Under the pieces are notes generated by a model. That model was not told the origin of the DNA. It worked only from the letters and a program-made list of their open reading frames with translations, and did no database searches. This document shows positions 1 to 9,711 of a stretch of DNA of 64,000 bases, in pieces (the first letter of the stretch is position 1; each line of letters begins with the position of its first letter). The translations under genes were made by a program, and so were the position numbers. Location of the stretch: contig DBCL01000002.1 of NCBI GenBank assembly GCA_002293025.1, positions 57,893 through 121,892 of the forward strand. The letters are read 5' to 3'. Origin of the DNA: Actinobacteria bacterium UBA959 (lineage in GTDB: Bacteria > Actinomycetota > Actinomycetes > S36-B12 > UBA5976).

Positions 1-1
1 T

Positions 2-439
2 GGTGATAAAGATGGAATCACTGCCGCATTGTTAATGATTGAGTTGGTAGGTTGGCTTAAGAGAAAAGAGCTTTCGATTGATCAAGTTTTAATCCAAATA
101 CAGTCTGAATTTGGGCCATGCGTAACAGACCACTTAACACTGAGGTTTGCTTCTGTTTTGGAAACGAAGTACAAGTTTGAACAAGTGGTGGCGAACCCAC
201 CAACACAATTTGGATCGCTTAGAATCACTAGAACTGAAGACTTAAAGTATGGATTAGACGGATTGCCAGCCACAACTGGTATTTATCTGCAATGGGCCGC
301 CGGCAGAGTAATCATTCGGCCAAGCGGCACAGAACCTAAATTAAAGTGCTACATAGAGGTATCTGGTGAATCAACTCTTGAGTCAGCCTTGGAGCAAGTG
401 GCTGTCGTGAAGGGTGCCATGAGTGCACTTTTTGCTTGA
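2..439 (+). CDS. alpha-D-phosphohexomutase family protein (PGM/PMM-like), C-terminal fragment; the 5' end lies outside the window
   Basis: The frame is open from base 2 (GDKDGITAAL...). It carries the C-terminal motif RPSGTEPKLKCY typical of the PGM/PMM superfamily. Its position at the head of a nucleoside catabolism cluster suggests a phosphopentomutase role (inference). Confidence 0.8.
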   Translation, partial: GDKDGITAALLMIELVGWLKRKELSIDQVLIQIQSEFGPCVTDHLTLRFASVLETKYKFEQVVANPPTQFGSLRITRTEDLKYGLDGLPATTGIYLQWAAGRVIIRPSGTEPKLKCYIEVSGESTLESALEQVAVVKGAMSALFA

Positions 440-1425
440 CCAGCCTCACGAGGTACCCTTTTTTAGTGAAATCCATCGGTAGCACCCTTACTAGCCAATT
501 GGCTGATGCCACTACTTCTGAATCATCCTTAAAAAACTTTCTTTTTGGCTTGTCTCCGGTAGACCAAGTTGGAGCTAATGCTCGTGCAGCGATGCTATCC
601 ACTCGATCAATCAAGACCACAGCAAAAGCAGCAGGAATTGATTTAGCCATCTCGATGATTGATTTAACCACCTTGGAAGGCATGGACACTGCCAGCAAAG
701 TTAGAACACTTTGTGCTAAAGGTCGGCATCCAGATATCAGTGATCGAACGATTCCAACAGTTGCCGCAATTTGTGTTTATGGTGACATGGCCAAAATTGC
801 TAAAGAAGCATTAGCTGGCTCTAACGTGAAAGTTGCTGCAGTTGCAACAGCATTTCCTTCAGGTAGGGCATCATTAAAAGTTAAAATTCTTGACACTCAA
901 GAAGCTGTACAAAATGGTGCGGATGAAATAGACATGGTTATTGACCGCGGGGCCTTTTTGTCTGGGCAGTACGGGAAAGTTTTTGATGAAATTCAACAGA
1001 TCAAGATTGCTTGTGGTGACGCTCATCTAAAAGTAATTCTTGAAACAGGTGAGTTAAAAACATATGACAACGTGAAGCGTGCTTCATGGCTGAGCATGTT
1101 GGCAGGGGCAGACTTCATCAAGACTTCTACTGGAAAAGTTCAACCAGCAGCAACCTTGCCCGTTACCTTAGTGATGCTTCAAACAATCAGAGATTTCGAA
1201 AAGATCACTAATCACAAGATAGGCATGAAACCAGCTGGTGGAATTAGAACCACTAAAGACGCGTTAAAGTATCTGGTACTCGTGAAAGAGACGCTCTCAG
1301 ATGAATGGTTAACCCCAGATCTATTCAGATTAGGCGCATCAAGTTTATTGAATGACTTACTGATGCAACGTAAAAAGCTTCAATCTGGCCACTACCATAG
1401 TCTTGACTATGTATCGATGGACTAA
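436..1425 (+). CDS. deoC: deoxyribose-phosphate aldolase (long actinobacterial form)
   Basis: Motifs GADEIDMVIDRG, LKVILETGEL and the Schiff-base lysine motif FIKTSTGK. The TTG start overlaps the upstream stop (TTGA). Confidence 0.9.
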   Translation: MTSLTRYPFLVKSIGSTLTSQLADATTSESSLKNFLFGLSPVDQVGANARAAMLSTRSIKTTAKAAGIDLAISMIDLTTLEGMDTASKVRTLCAKGRHPDISDRTIPTVAAICVYGDMAKIAKEALAGSNVKVAAVATAFPSGRASLKVKILDTQEAVQNGADEIDMVIDRGAFLSGQYGKVFDEIQQIKIACGDAHLKVILETGELKTYDNVKRASWLSMLAGADFIKTSTGKVQPAATLPVTLVMLQTIRDFEKITNHKIGMKPAGGIRTTKDALKYLVLVKETLSDEWLTPDLFRLGASSLLNDLLMQRKKLQSGHYHSLDYVSMD

Positions 1426-1427
1426 AG

Positions 1428-2873
1428 ATGACATTTGAGTATGCCCCAGCACCTGAGTCGCGTTCGATTGTTTCTATAAATCCTAAAAACAAGCTATTTA
1501 TTGGTGGGGAGTTCATAGATGCTAAATCAGGTGAGTACTTTCAGACCACAAATCCGGCAACCGAAGAAGTGTTAGCCGAGATATCACTTGCCTCTGCTAA
1601 AGATGTTGATGCAGCAGTTGTTGCTGCGCGAAAAGCCTTCAAATCTTGGTCTAAACTAAGTGGTAGTCAGCGAGCTAAATACATTTATCGAATTGCTCGA
1701 ATAATTCAAGAGCGCTCTCGGGAACTTGCAGTTTTGGAGACTTTAGACAACGGCAAACCAATTCGTGAATCACGTGATGTAGATGTTCCACTTGTAGCCG
1801 CTCATTTCTTTCACTATGCCGGCTGGGCAGACAAGCTTGAATATGCTGGTGTTGGTCCGAATCCAAGACCTCTTGGTGTTGTTGGTCAGGTAATTCCTTG
1901 GAATTTTCCATTATTGATGTTGGCTTGGAAGATTGCACCAGCTTTAGCTGCTGGAAACACAGTCGTATTAAAACCTGCAGAAACTACTTCGCTTTCAGCA
2001 CTTCTGTTTGCTGAGATTTGCCAACAAGCTCAATTGCCAGCAGGTGTTGTAAACATTGTTACAGGAGCAGGTGAGACTGGAAAAGCACTAGTTAATCACC
2101 CAGATATCAATAAAGTGGCGTTCACTGGATCGACTGAAGTTGGACGCCAAATAGCCAAAGCAGTTGCCGGTACCAACAAGAAACTAACCCTTGAGCTTGG
2201 TGGCAAGGCAGCCAATATTGTTTTTGAAGACGCCCCACTCGACCAAACAGTAGAAGGAATTGTTGACGGTATTTTCTTTAATCAGGGTCATGTTTGTTGC
2301 GCTGGGTCTAGGTTGCTTGTCCAAGAATCTATCCACGATGACCTGATGTCACTGCTTTATCCAAGATTAGAGTTGTTAAGAGTTGGTGACCCAATGGATA
2401 AAAATACTGATGTGGGTGCGATCAATTCTGCCGAGCAACTTAAAAAGATTCATGAGCTGGCAAACTCCGGTGATGAGCAAGGTGCTGTTAGATGGACATC
2501 ATCTTGTCCACTTCCTGGTACTGGTTTCTGGTTTGCACCAACAGTTTTCACAAATGTTTCACAGTCACATCGAATTGCAACTGAAGAAATATTTGGCCCA
2601 GTCTTGAGCGTGCTTACATTCCGCACTCCTGATGAAGCTATTGATAAAGCAAACAACACTCCCTATGGACTAAGTGCTGGAATATGGAGCGATAAAGGTA
2701 GCCGGATTTTGGAAGTAGCAGCCAAATTACGAGCTGGAGTTATTTGGGCCAACACTTTCAATAAATTTGATCCAACTAGCCCGTTTGGTGGCTACAAAGA
2801 ATCTGGGTATGGGCGTGAAGGTGGACGCCAAGGATTGGAAGCCTATCTAGAAGCAGGTGTTGCGCATGAATGA
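1428..2873 (+). CDS. NAD(P)-dependent aldehyde dehydrogenase, full length
   Basis: 481 aa. Contains the ALDH motifs VIPWNFP, FTGSTEVG, the ELGGKA general-base Glu and the catalytic Cys in GHVCCAGSR. Confidence 0.9.
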   Translation: MTFEYAPAPESRSIVSINPKNKLFIGGEFIDAKSGEYFQTTNPATEEVLAEISLASAKDVDAAVVAARKAFKSWSKLSGSQRAKYIYRIARIIQERSRELAVLETLDNGKPIRESRDVDVPLVAAHFFHYAGWADKLEYAGVGPNPRPLGVVGQVIPWNFPLLMLAWKIAPALAAGNTVVLKPAETTSLSALLFAEICQQAQLPAGVVNIVTGAGETGKALVNHPDINKVAFTGSTEVGRQIAKAVAGTNKKLTLELGGKAANIVFEDAPLDQTVEGIVDGIFFNQGHVCCAGSRLLVQESIHDDLMSLLYPRLELLRVGDPMDKNTDVGAINSAEQLKKIHELANSGDEQGAVRWTSSCPLPGTGFWFAPTVFTNVSQSHRIATEEIFGPVLSVLTFRTPDEAIDKANNTPYGLSAGIWSDKGSRILEVAAKLRAGVIWANTFNKFDPTSPFGGYKESGYGREGGRQGLEAYLEAGVAHE

Positions 2874-3702
2874 TTCACTAGATGTTAAACGAACTGCTAA
2901 GTTGTATATCAATGGCGCATTTCCAAGGTCAGAATCTGGTCGTACTTTTGTCGTCAATGACCAAAACAACAAATTCTTAGCTAACGTCTCCAAGGCTTCA
3001 CGAAAAGATGCCCGAGATGCAGTAGTCGCTGCACGGTCTGCATTCAATAAATGGAGTGATGCTTCCGCCTATAACCGAGGCCAGGTTATTTATCGCATCG
3101 CAGAAATATTACAAGGGCGTTCACCTCAATTCATAGCAGAACTTGAATCCGCTGGAGTTAAGAAGGCTGCTCCCCATGTTCTTGAGGCTATCGACAAAAT
3201 TGTTTGGTATGCCGGATTTAGTGACAAGATATCTATGGTTGTAGGTTCGGCAAATCCTGTCGCTGGTAAATTCTTTAACTTTTCAATTCCAGAGCCAACT
3301 GGCGTGGTTGCAGTTTGTGTTTCAAACGAGCCATCTCTCGTTAACCTGGTGAGTCAAATCTCAGCAGCCATTGTCTCTGGAAATACTGTGGTTGTTGTTG
3401 TTCCAGAAAACTCATCTTTAATTGCAGTCTCACTAGCTGAAGTGCTCGCTACTTCAGATGTACCAGCAGGTGTAGTCAATATTCTTACAGGGGATTCAGC
3501 AGAACTGGCCCCTTGGCTAGCCAGTCATCTAGATGTAAATGCAATGGATTTATCTGGAATTTCTGACAAGAACCTAAAAACTGAATTAGAGGCCTCTGCA
3601 GCAACCAATCTTAAGCGTATTTTGCGAACATTCCCAGATGGTTTAAGTGCCATCAAAACCTATGTTGAGATCAAGACTGTGTGGCACCCGCAAGGCTTCT
3701 AG
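2857..3702 (+). CDS. aldehyde dehydrogenase-like protein lacking the catalytic domain (281 aa)
   Basis: Aligns by eye with the N-terminal cofactor-binding half of the upstream ALDH ([37 protein letters not shown]). It ends shortly after the position of the FTGS/ELGGK region (AMDLSG). No catalytic Cys region is present. It overlaps the upstream ALDH by 17 nt, and its stop overlaps the stop of add. Confidence 0.7.
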   Translation: MLRMNDSLDVKRTAKLYINGAFPRSESGRTFVVNDQNNKFLANVSKASRKDARDAVVAARSAFNKWSDASAYNRGQVIYRIAEILQGRSPQFIAELESAGVKKAAPHVLEAIDKIVWYAGFSDKISMVVGSANPVAGKFFNFSIPEPTGVVAVCVSNEPSLVNLVSQISAAIVSGNTVVVVVPENSSLIAVSLAEVLATSDVPAGVVNILTGDSAELAPWLASHLDVNAMDLSGISDKNLKTELEASAATNLKRILRTFPDGLSAIKTYVEIKTVWHPQGF

Positions 3703-4787
3703 TTAAATTCTGAGATAGCTTTTGCATATCCTGGTTTAACAACATTATTGATAATGTCTAAACGCTGATCAAAAGGGATAAAGGCGCTCTTCATTGCATT
3801 TATGGTTAGCCAACGTAGGTTTTCGATTGTGAAGCCAGCTTCGGTGTGCAGTAAGTACATCTCAGTTGACATCGAAGTTTGAGACATCAACCTGTTATCA
3901 GTATTAACTGTTGCTCGAAACCCTAATTTAGTCAGCGTTGTGATCGGGTGCTCGGCAATATTCTTTGCAGCACCGGTGTGCACGTTAGAAACTGGACAAA
4001 GCTCAAGTGGGACTCGGCGATCTCTTACATAATGTGCTAACTCACCTAACTCAAAAGATCCATCAGCATTTTTTGTGATGTCATCAATAATTCGAACACC
4101 ATGTCCAAGGCGATCTGCACCACAAACTTGTACGGCTTCCCAAATCGATGGAAGACCAAATGCTTCCCCAGCATGAATTGTCATATGAAAATTAGCCCGA
4201 TGGATTAGATCAAACGCGTCTAAATGTCGTGATGGTGGAAATCCAGCTTCTTTACCAGCAATATCAAAACCAACTACGCCACGTTCACGCCAACGTATTG
4301 ACAACTCTGCAATCTCAGAAGAGCGAGCTGCGGTTCGCATGGCGGTTAACAAAGTTCGCATCACTATTTTTTTCCCTTGCGCGGCCATTTCTTTCTCACC
4401 ACGTGCAAATCCCGCTACAACTGCCTCAACAATTTCATCTAGCGACAATCCCTTACTCTGATGAAGTTCTGGTGCGAACCGAATCTCGGCGTACACCACA
4501 CCATCGTTTGCTAAGTCTTCAGCACACTCAAACGCAACACGTTCGATGGCAGCAGCGGTCTGCATAACAGCGACTGTGTGAACAAATGTTTCTAGGTAAC
4601 TTTCTAAGGAACCTGAATCTGAGGCTTCTTTGAACCATCTTGCCAAATTCTGGGAACCAGATGCCGGCAGACCCGCATATCCCAATTCATCAGCTAACTG
4701 GGCAACGGTTGCTGGGCGTAGTCCCCCGTCTAGGTGGTCATGTAGCAATGCTTTAGGGAGGGAGCGGATCTGTTCTATGTTAAGCAT
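3699..4787 (-). CDS. add: adenosine deaminase
   Basis: Metal-binding motifs [12 protein letters not shown] and NTDNRLMS; 362 aa. Confidence 0.92.
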   Translation of the reverse strand: MLNIEQIRSLPKALLHDHLDGGLRPATVAQLADELGYAGLPASGSQNLARWFKEASDSGSLESYLETFVHTVAVMQTAAAIERVAFECAEDLANDGVVYAEIRFAPELHQSKGLSLDEIVEAVVAGFARGEKEMAAQGKKIVMRTLLTAMRTAARSSEIAELSIRWRERGVVGFDIAGKEAGFPPSRHLDAFDLIHRANFHMTIHAGEAFGLPSIWEAVQVCGADRLGHGVRIIDDITKNADGSFELGELAHYVRDRRVPLELCPVSNVHTGAAKNIAEHPITTLTKLGFRATVNTDNRLMSQTSMSTEMYLLHTEAGFTIENLRWLTINAMKSAFIPFDQRLDIINNVVKPGYAKAISEFN

Positions 4788-4936
4788 TTGAGCCTCTTCT
4801 GCCGTTAAGTAACAGGATGTTAACGCCCAAGAGCCTGTTCAACCTGCGAGTATGCCCCTTTTAGATCTAGGCTCCACCAAAACCGTCCTTCCCTGGCCTT
4901 CCCGGTTTCCACACTTCAACAGTCCCAGGAGGACAT

Positions 4937-6373
4937 GTGCTGGATAAAATGTTCAAAATAAAAGAGCGTGGTAGCTCAGTTGCAACTGAGGTGCGCGGTG
5001 GATTGGTCACATTCTTGACCATGGCCTACATCATCGTGCTAAATCCACTGATTCTTGGTTTCACGCCAGATATAAATGGAAAGTTCTTAGCTGGAGGTGA
5101 TGCTCCAAATTTAGCAATGATCGCAGCTGCAACTGCTTTGGTCGCTGGCATTCTTACTATTTTGATGGGCACCGCCACCAATTTTCCGCTAGCGCTAGCT
5201 ACGGGTCTTGGAATTAACTCATTTGTCGCTCGAATTGCCGCCGACTACATGACCTGGGCAGAAGTTATGGGACTTGTAGTTCTCGAGGGTTTGATCATCA
5301 CTGTGTTAGTACTAACCGGTTTTAGAGTTGCAGTGTTTAAAGCTGTTCCTGCTCAACTAAAGATTGCAATCTCAGTTGGTATTGGATTGTTTATTGCACT
5401 CATTGGTTTAGTTGATGCCGGTTTTGTGCGACGCACCGCTGCTGGGCCAGTTCCAGTCGAGTTGGGATCAGGTGGCACTTTAGATGGGTGGCCAGTATTG
5501 GTATTCGTAACTGGAGTGTTAGTTATGACAATTCTGTATGCACGCAAAGTTAAAGGTGCGATCCTTATTGGAGTTCTAGGTGCCACTGCTATTGCAGTTG
5601 CTCTAGAAGAGTCACTCAAAATTGGACCATCCTTTATTTCAGCAGATGAATTCAACCCAAAGGGTTGGGGTCTTAATGTGCCTTCAATCCCAGATTCCTT
5701 TGTTGCAACCCCAGACTTTGGCTTGTTAGGCCAATTTGATTTATTGGGTGGATTCGCAACAGCAGGTATCATTACAGCAGCTTTATTTGTGTTCACACTG
5801 TTGATCACTGACTTCTTTGACACCATGGGAACAATGACTGCAATTAGTGCAGAAGCTGGCCTGTCTGATAAAGATGGGAATGTGCCAAACGCAGACCGAA
5901 TCTTGCTCGTCGATTCGCTCGCTGCTATGGCTGGAGGTGCGGGTGGAATTTCATCTAACACTTCTTACATTGAATCTGCATCGGGTGTTGGCGAAGGAGC
6001 TAAAACAGGTTTAGCTTCGGTTGTAACAGGAATTGCATTCCTGTTTGCCACATTCTTGTCGCCACTGGTGAATTTAGTTCCTTACGAGGCAGCGACACCA
6101 GCGCTGATAGTAGTTGGATTCTTGATGATGACTCAGATTAAAGGAATTGACTGGAGTGATATCACCATCGCACTACCAGCATTCTTGATCATTATCTTGA
6201 TGCCATTCACCTACTCAATCGCTACTGGAATTGGTGCTGGATTTGTAACTTATGTGGCTCTTAAGGCCTTCACTGGTAAAGCAAGCAAAGTCCACCCAAT
6301 GATGTGGATCTCTGCTACCGCTTTCTTAATCTACTTCGCTACCGCTCCAATCAAGGAGCTATTCGGAGTTTAA
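4937..6373 (+). CDS. NCS2/AzgA-family purine (adenine/guanine/hypoxanthine) permease
   Basis: 478 aa and polytopic. The N-terminus FKIKERGSSVATEVRGGLVTFLTMAYIIVLNP is typical of AzgA/PbuG-type permeases. AGGAGG lies at 4927-4932. The start could be GTG 4937 or ATG 4949. Confidence 0.85.
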   Translation: MLDKMFKIKERGSSVATEVRGGLVTFLTMAYIIVLNPLILGFTPDINGKFLAGGDAPNLAMIAAATALVAGILTILMGTATNFPLALATGLGINSFVARIAADYMTWAEVMGLVVLEGLIITVLVLTGFRVAVFKAVPAQLKIAISVGIGLFIALIGLVDAGFVRRTAAGPVPVELGSGGTLDGWPVLVFVTGVLVMTILYARKVKGAILIGVLGATAIAVALEESLKIGPSFISADEFNPKGWGLNVPSIPDSFVATPDFGLLGQFDLLGGFATAGIITAALFVFTLLITDFFDTMGTMTAISAEAGLSDKDGNVPNADRILLVDSLAAMAGGAGGISSNTSYIESASGVGEGAKTGLASVVTGIAFLFATFLSPLVNLVPYEAATPALIVVGFLMMTQIKGIDWSDITIALPAFLIIILMPFTYSIATGIGAGFVTYVALKAFTGKASKVHPMMWISATAFLIYFATAPIKELFGV

Positions 6374-6382
6374 CTAGAGAAC

Positions 6383-6418
6383 AAAAAAAGAGGCAAGCCT
6401 TGGCTTGCCTCTTTTTTT
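6383..6418. terminator. bidirectional intrinsic terminator between convergent genes
   Basis: A7 tract (6383-6389), GC-rich inverted repeat gaggcaagcc/ggcttgcctc (6390-6411), then a T7 tract (6412-6418). Confidence 0.85.
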
Positions 6419-6425
6419 GTTCAAA

Positions 6426-6779
6426 TCAATCTTCTCGATTCACACTACTTGGGGTAAACGCAGGAACACAAACTGCAACATACTCAGTCTCCAGCTCCAA
6501 TGTGGAATAACGAATTCGCTCTCCAGCTTTTGTCAAAATTGCTTCACCGGCATTAACAATCGTTGCTCCAGAAGAATGTTCGACTTGAACTTTACCTCGA
6601 ATCACCAGGGTAACTTCATCAAATTCTGGAGTTTGAAAGGGTTCAGTCCAATTAGGTGGTGCGACCATCTTGGCCACCGATACTCCATCAGTATCAGTTA
6701 TAACCTTTCCAACATATTCTAATATTTCTTTGCCACCTGGAACTTCGATCTTTGCTGGTTGACTAATTAATTGTGGCAC
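6426..6779 (-). CDS. small cupin-fold protein, function unknown
   Basis: 117 aa, beta-rich, with a cupin-like core (DEVTLVIRGKVQVEH...GEAILTKAGERIRY). The GTG start directly abuts the deoA stop (TAAGTG). Confidence 0.6.
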   Translation of the reverse strand: MPQLISQPAKIEVPGGKEILEYVGKVITDTDGVSVAKMVAPPNWTEPFQTPEFDEVTLVIRGKVQVEHSSGATIVNAGEAILTKAGERIRYSTLELETEYVAVCVPAFTPSSVNRED

Positions 6780-8069
6780 TTACGCTCCTATTCGATCCAG
6801 TATTAACTGGTATTTTTCTACACTTGGTGATTTAGAGATTGTAGTTGCATTTCTAAGTGCAACTATTGCCTGATCTATTCGGCTCTCTTCGTCTGTGTGC
6901 AGGGTAAAGAGTGTCTCACCTTTGCTAACTTGCATATCAAGAGTATGTGACCAAGTCACACCAGCTGCTGAACTCACCTGGTCTTCTTTGCGAGTTCGGC
7001 CTGCACCCAAAACCCATGCTGCGTTTCCAATGCTTAAGGCATCTAACTTGGTTAAGTATCCAGAAGTCTGAGCAACTACCTGGTGTTGATATTTAGCTCT
7101 AGGAAGTGGTGCGTTCGAGTTGCCACCTTGGGCAGTAATTAGAGCATGCCAAACATCTAATGCGGAGCCATCTGCCAAAGCTGTAGCTGGATCTTTTGTC
7201 TTAACACCAGCGAGATCAAGCATTTCATTGGCCAACGCCAAAGTTAGCTCAACAACATCTTTAGGACCTCCACCAGAAAGTACTTCAACAGCTTGAGCTA
7301 CTTCTAGTGCATTGCCCGCGGCAAAACCGAGAGGTGAATCCATATTTGTTAGAAGCGCTCTAGTTTTAACACCTGCATTCACCCCAATTTCAACCATGGT
7401 TTCAGCTAAAAGCCGTGCTTGATCCATGGATTTCATAAAGGCTCCCGAACCAACCTTTACATCTAGAACCAAAGCGGAGGTTCCTTCAGCAATCTTCTTG
7501 CTCATAATTGAAGAAGCAATCAATGGAATGGCCGGTACAGTTCCAGTAACATCTCTGAGCGCATATAACTTCTTATCAGCTGGCGCTAAACCCGGTCCAG
7601 CCGCACAAATTACTGCTCCCACTTTAATTATTACATCAAGCATTTGTTGATTTGATAAATTAGCTTGCCAGCCAGGGATTGATTCCAATTTATCAAGGGT
7701 TCCCCCGGTGTGCCCCAGTCCTCTTCCTGAAAGTTGTGGAACCGCAGCACCGCATGCAGCGACTAAAGGAGCTAATGGCAATGTAATCATGTCGCCTACG
7801 CCACCTGTTGAATGTTTATCAACTGTTGGTCTGGTTAGTGCCGAAAAATCGAGTCGCTCACCAGATTTGATCATGGCATCCGTCCAGCGACTGATCTCGG
7901 TATTTTGCATGCCGTTGAGCAAGATAGCCATAGCCATTGCAGACATTTGCTCATCGGCAACTATGCCTCGAACATAAGCATCAATCATCCAATCGATCTG
8001 TGAATCCGAGAGGACACCTCGGTCACGCTTAATGGAGATTAACTCAACGGCCGAAAACGGCTCAGTCAT
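6780..8069 (-). CDS. deoA: thymidine/pyrimidine-nucleoside phosphorylase
   Basis: Motifs DKHSTGGVGD and SGRGLGHTGGTLDKLE; 429 aa. Confidence 0.93.
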   Translation of the reverse strand: MTEPFSAVELISIKRDRGVLSDSQIDWMIDAYVRGIVADEQMSAMAMAILLNGMQNTEISRWTDAMIKSGERLDFSALTRPTVDKHSTGGVGDMITLPLAPLVAACGAAVPQLSGRGLGHTGGTLDKLESIPGWQANLSNQQMLDVIIKVGAVICAAGPGLAPADKKLYALRDVTGTVPAIPLIASSIMSKKIAEGTSALVLDVKVGSGAFMKSMDQARLLAETMVEIGVNAGVKTRALLTNMDSPLGFAAGNALEVAQAVEVLSGGGPKDVVELTLALANEMLDLAGVKTKDPATALADGSALDVWHALITAQGGNSNAPLPRAKYQHQVVAQTSGYLTKLDALSIGNAAWVLGAGRTRKEDQVSSAAGVTWSHTLDMQVSKGETLFTLHTDEESRIDQAIVALRNATTISKSPSVEKYQLILDRIGA

Positions 8070-8470
8070 GAATCCACGCTTCTGGTGTCAAGATCAGTTG
8101 GGCCAAATGCGTCGGGAAGTAAGGTGGCAAATGAGATTGGTCCACTTGCAGTCATGATTTGCAATGTGTTCCCACCAAACTCCCAGAGCAGTTGACGGCA
8201 CCGCCCACATGGAGCTACTGGTTGACCATCACTTGCAACAACTACAAGCGCTGCCAGCGTGCCACCACCTTTAGTAGCTAAATCGCTAACCAACCCACAC
8301 TCAGCACAAAGCCCCAAACCATAAGATGCATTTTCAACGTTACAACCAGTTATCAATTTACCGTCAGTTGTGAATGCTGCTGCTCCTACTGGGAAATTTG
8401 AATATGGGCAATATGCTTTTTGCATTGCAGCCCGTGCTTCAACCCATAGACGATCCCAGTCGATACTCAT
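8066..8470 (-). CDS. cdd: cytidine deaminase
   Basis: Zinc motifs CAECG and PCGRCRQ; 134 aa. Confidence 0.93.
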   Translation of the reverse strand: MSIDWDRLWVEARAAMQKAYCPYSNFPVGAAAFTTDGKLITGCNVENASYGLGLCAECGLVSDLATKGGGTLAALVVVASDGQPVAPCGRCRQLLWEFGGNTLQIMTASGPISFATLLPDAFGPTDLDTRSVDS

Positions 8471-9711
8471 TAGCGATCTTCACCTTTTCGGTAAGGGACT
8501 CCATCAGCTGCAGGTGGACGAAGGCGCTGAGAAGCGAAAGCAAGAACCAAGAGAGTAGCCAAATATGGAGCAACGAGAGCTACTTCCTTGGGAAGTGCAG
8601 TAGTCATCAAGAACCAACTTACTAATACCGCTCCAGCCAGTCCCAATCCAAAAACAGTTTGATATTTGTTTTTCTTAATGGCCAGGATTGCCAGACCAAT
8701 TAGAATCAAGGCTCCTAGTAAAACCATCGCCCTTAGGGAAGTGCCGTCACTATCACGCAACTGGAGAGCATCGATATAACCGAATATTCCAGCTCCAATT
8801 GCTGTTCCACCTGGGCGCCAGTTACCAAAAATCATTGTGGCCAAACCAATAAATCCACGACCTGCAACTTGTCCTTCTCGGTAAACACCCGATGCTGCAA
8901 TCGCTAGAAATGCTCCACCTAATCCTGCTAGCACACCAGACATTGTCACAGCTATGTATTTGTAGCGGTAAACATTTACACCTAACGAATCGGCGGCCTT
9001 AGGATTTTCCCCAACCGAGCGAAGCCTTAATCCAAATGAAGTTCGCCATAGTACGTAACTAGTTAGGATAAATAGCGTTGCGGCCAGAATGGTCAAGATT
9101 GATAAGCGATAAAAGAATCCAGACAAAATACCAGCTAAATCAGAAACGATAAAAATGTTCTTGTCATGAATGGCGACCAATGGGTCAGAGATTTGTTCAA
9201 CCGAAAATGCTGGAAGTGCCGGAATTGATGGAGATTGAGTTTCACCACCTCCTGGAACCTTGCTAAATGCCAGATTCGCAAAAAATTGCGCAAAGCCAAC
9301 ACCCAGAATATTCATTGCAGTACCAGCAATGATCTGATCCACTCCAAAAGTAATGGTGGCAAGACCAAAAACTAATGCGCCTGCTGCACCAAACAGGCAT
9401 GCACCCAACAACCCCATCCAAGGTCCGTGCTGCCACCCAAGCCAACCCGCTCCAAAGGTGCCCAGAATCATCATGCCATCTAAACCGATGTTGACTACCC
9501 CAGACCTTTCAGACCACAATCCCCCAAGCCCTGCCAAACCAATTGGTACTGCAAGACCAATTGCTGCCGAGATAGTTCCACGACTGGTTAGATCAAAAAC
9601 ATCAGACCAAATTCTGACAAACGAAAGCAAAGCTAATGCGCTAACTAGTATCACAAATAACTTTACCCGGCGAGAATAGTTGCCCCGCGCAATTGAGATC
9701 ATTCCAGTCAT
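8470..9711 (-). CDS. ABC transporter permease (nucleoside/BMP-type importer)
   Basis: 413 aa and polytopic, in an operon with a BMP-family binding protein and a double-NBD ATPase. Confidence 0.85.
   Translation of the reverse strand: MTGMISIARGNYSRRVKLFVILVSALALLSFVRIWSDVFDLTSRGTISAAIGLAVPIGLAGLGGLWSERSGVVNIGLDGMMILGTFGAGWLGWQHGPWMGLLGACLFGAAGALVFGLATITFGVDQIIAGTAMNILGVGFAQFFANLAFSKVPGGGETQSPSIPALPAFSVEQISDPLVAIHDKNIFIVSDLAGILSGFFYRLSILTILAATLFILTSYVLWRTSFGLRLRSVGENPKAADSLGVNVYRYKYIAVTMSGVLAGLGGAFLAIAASGVYREGQVAGRGFIGLATMIFGNWRPGGTAIGAGIFGYIDALQLRDSDGTSLRAMVLLGALILIGLAILAIKKNKYQTVFGLGLAGAVLVSWFLMTTALPKEVALVAPYLATLLVLAFASQRLRPPAADGVPYRKGEDR

Noticed and set aside
4788-4936. Possible purine riboswitch in the divergent add / purine-permease intergenic region.
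   Set aside because: I could not find the conserved purine-riboswitch junction and loop sequences, or a three-way junction, by eye. The region more likely just holds two divergent promoters. A cmscan with RF00167 would settle it.
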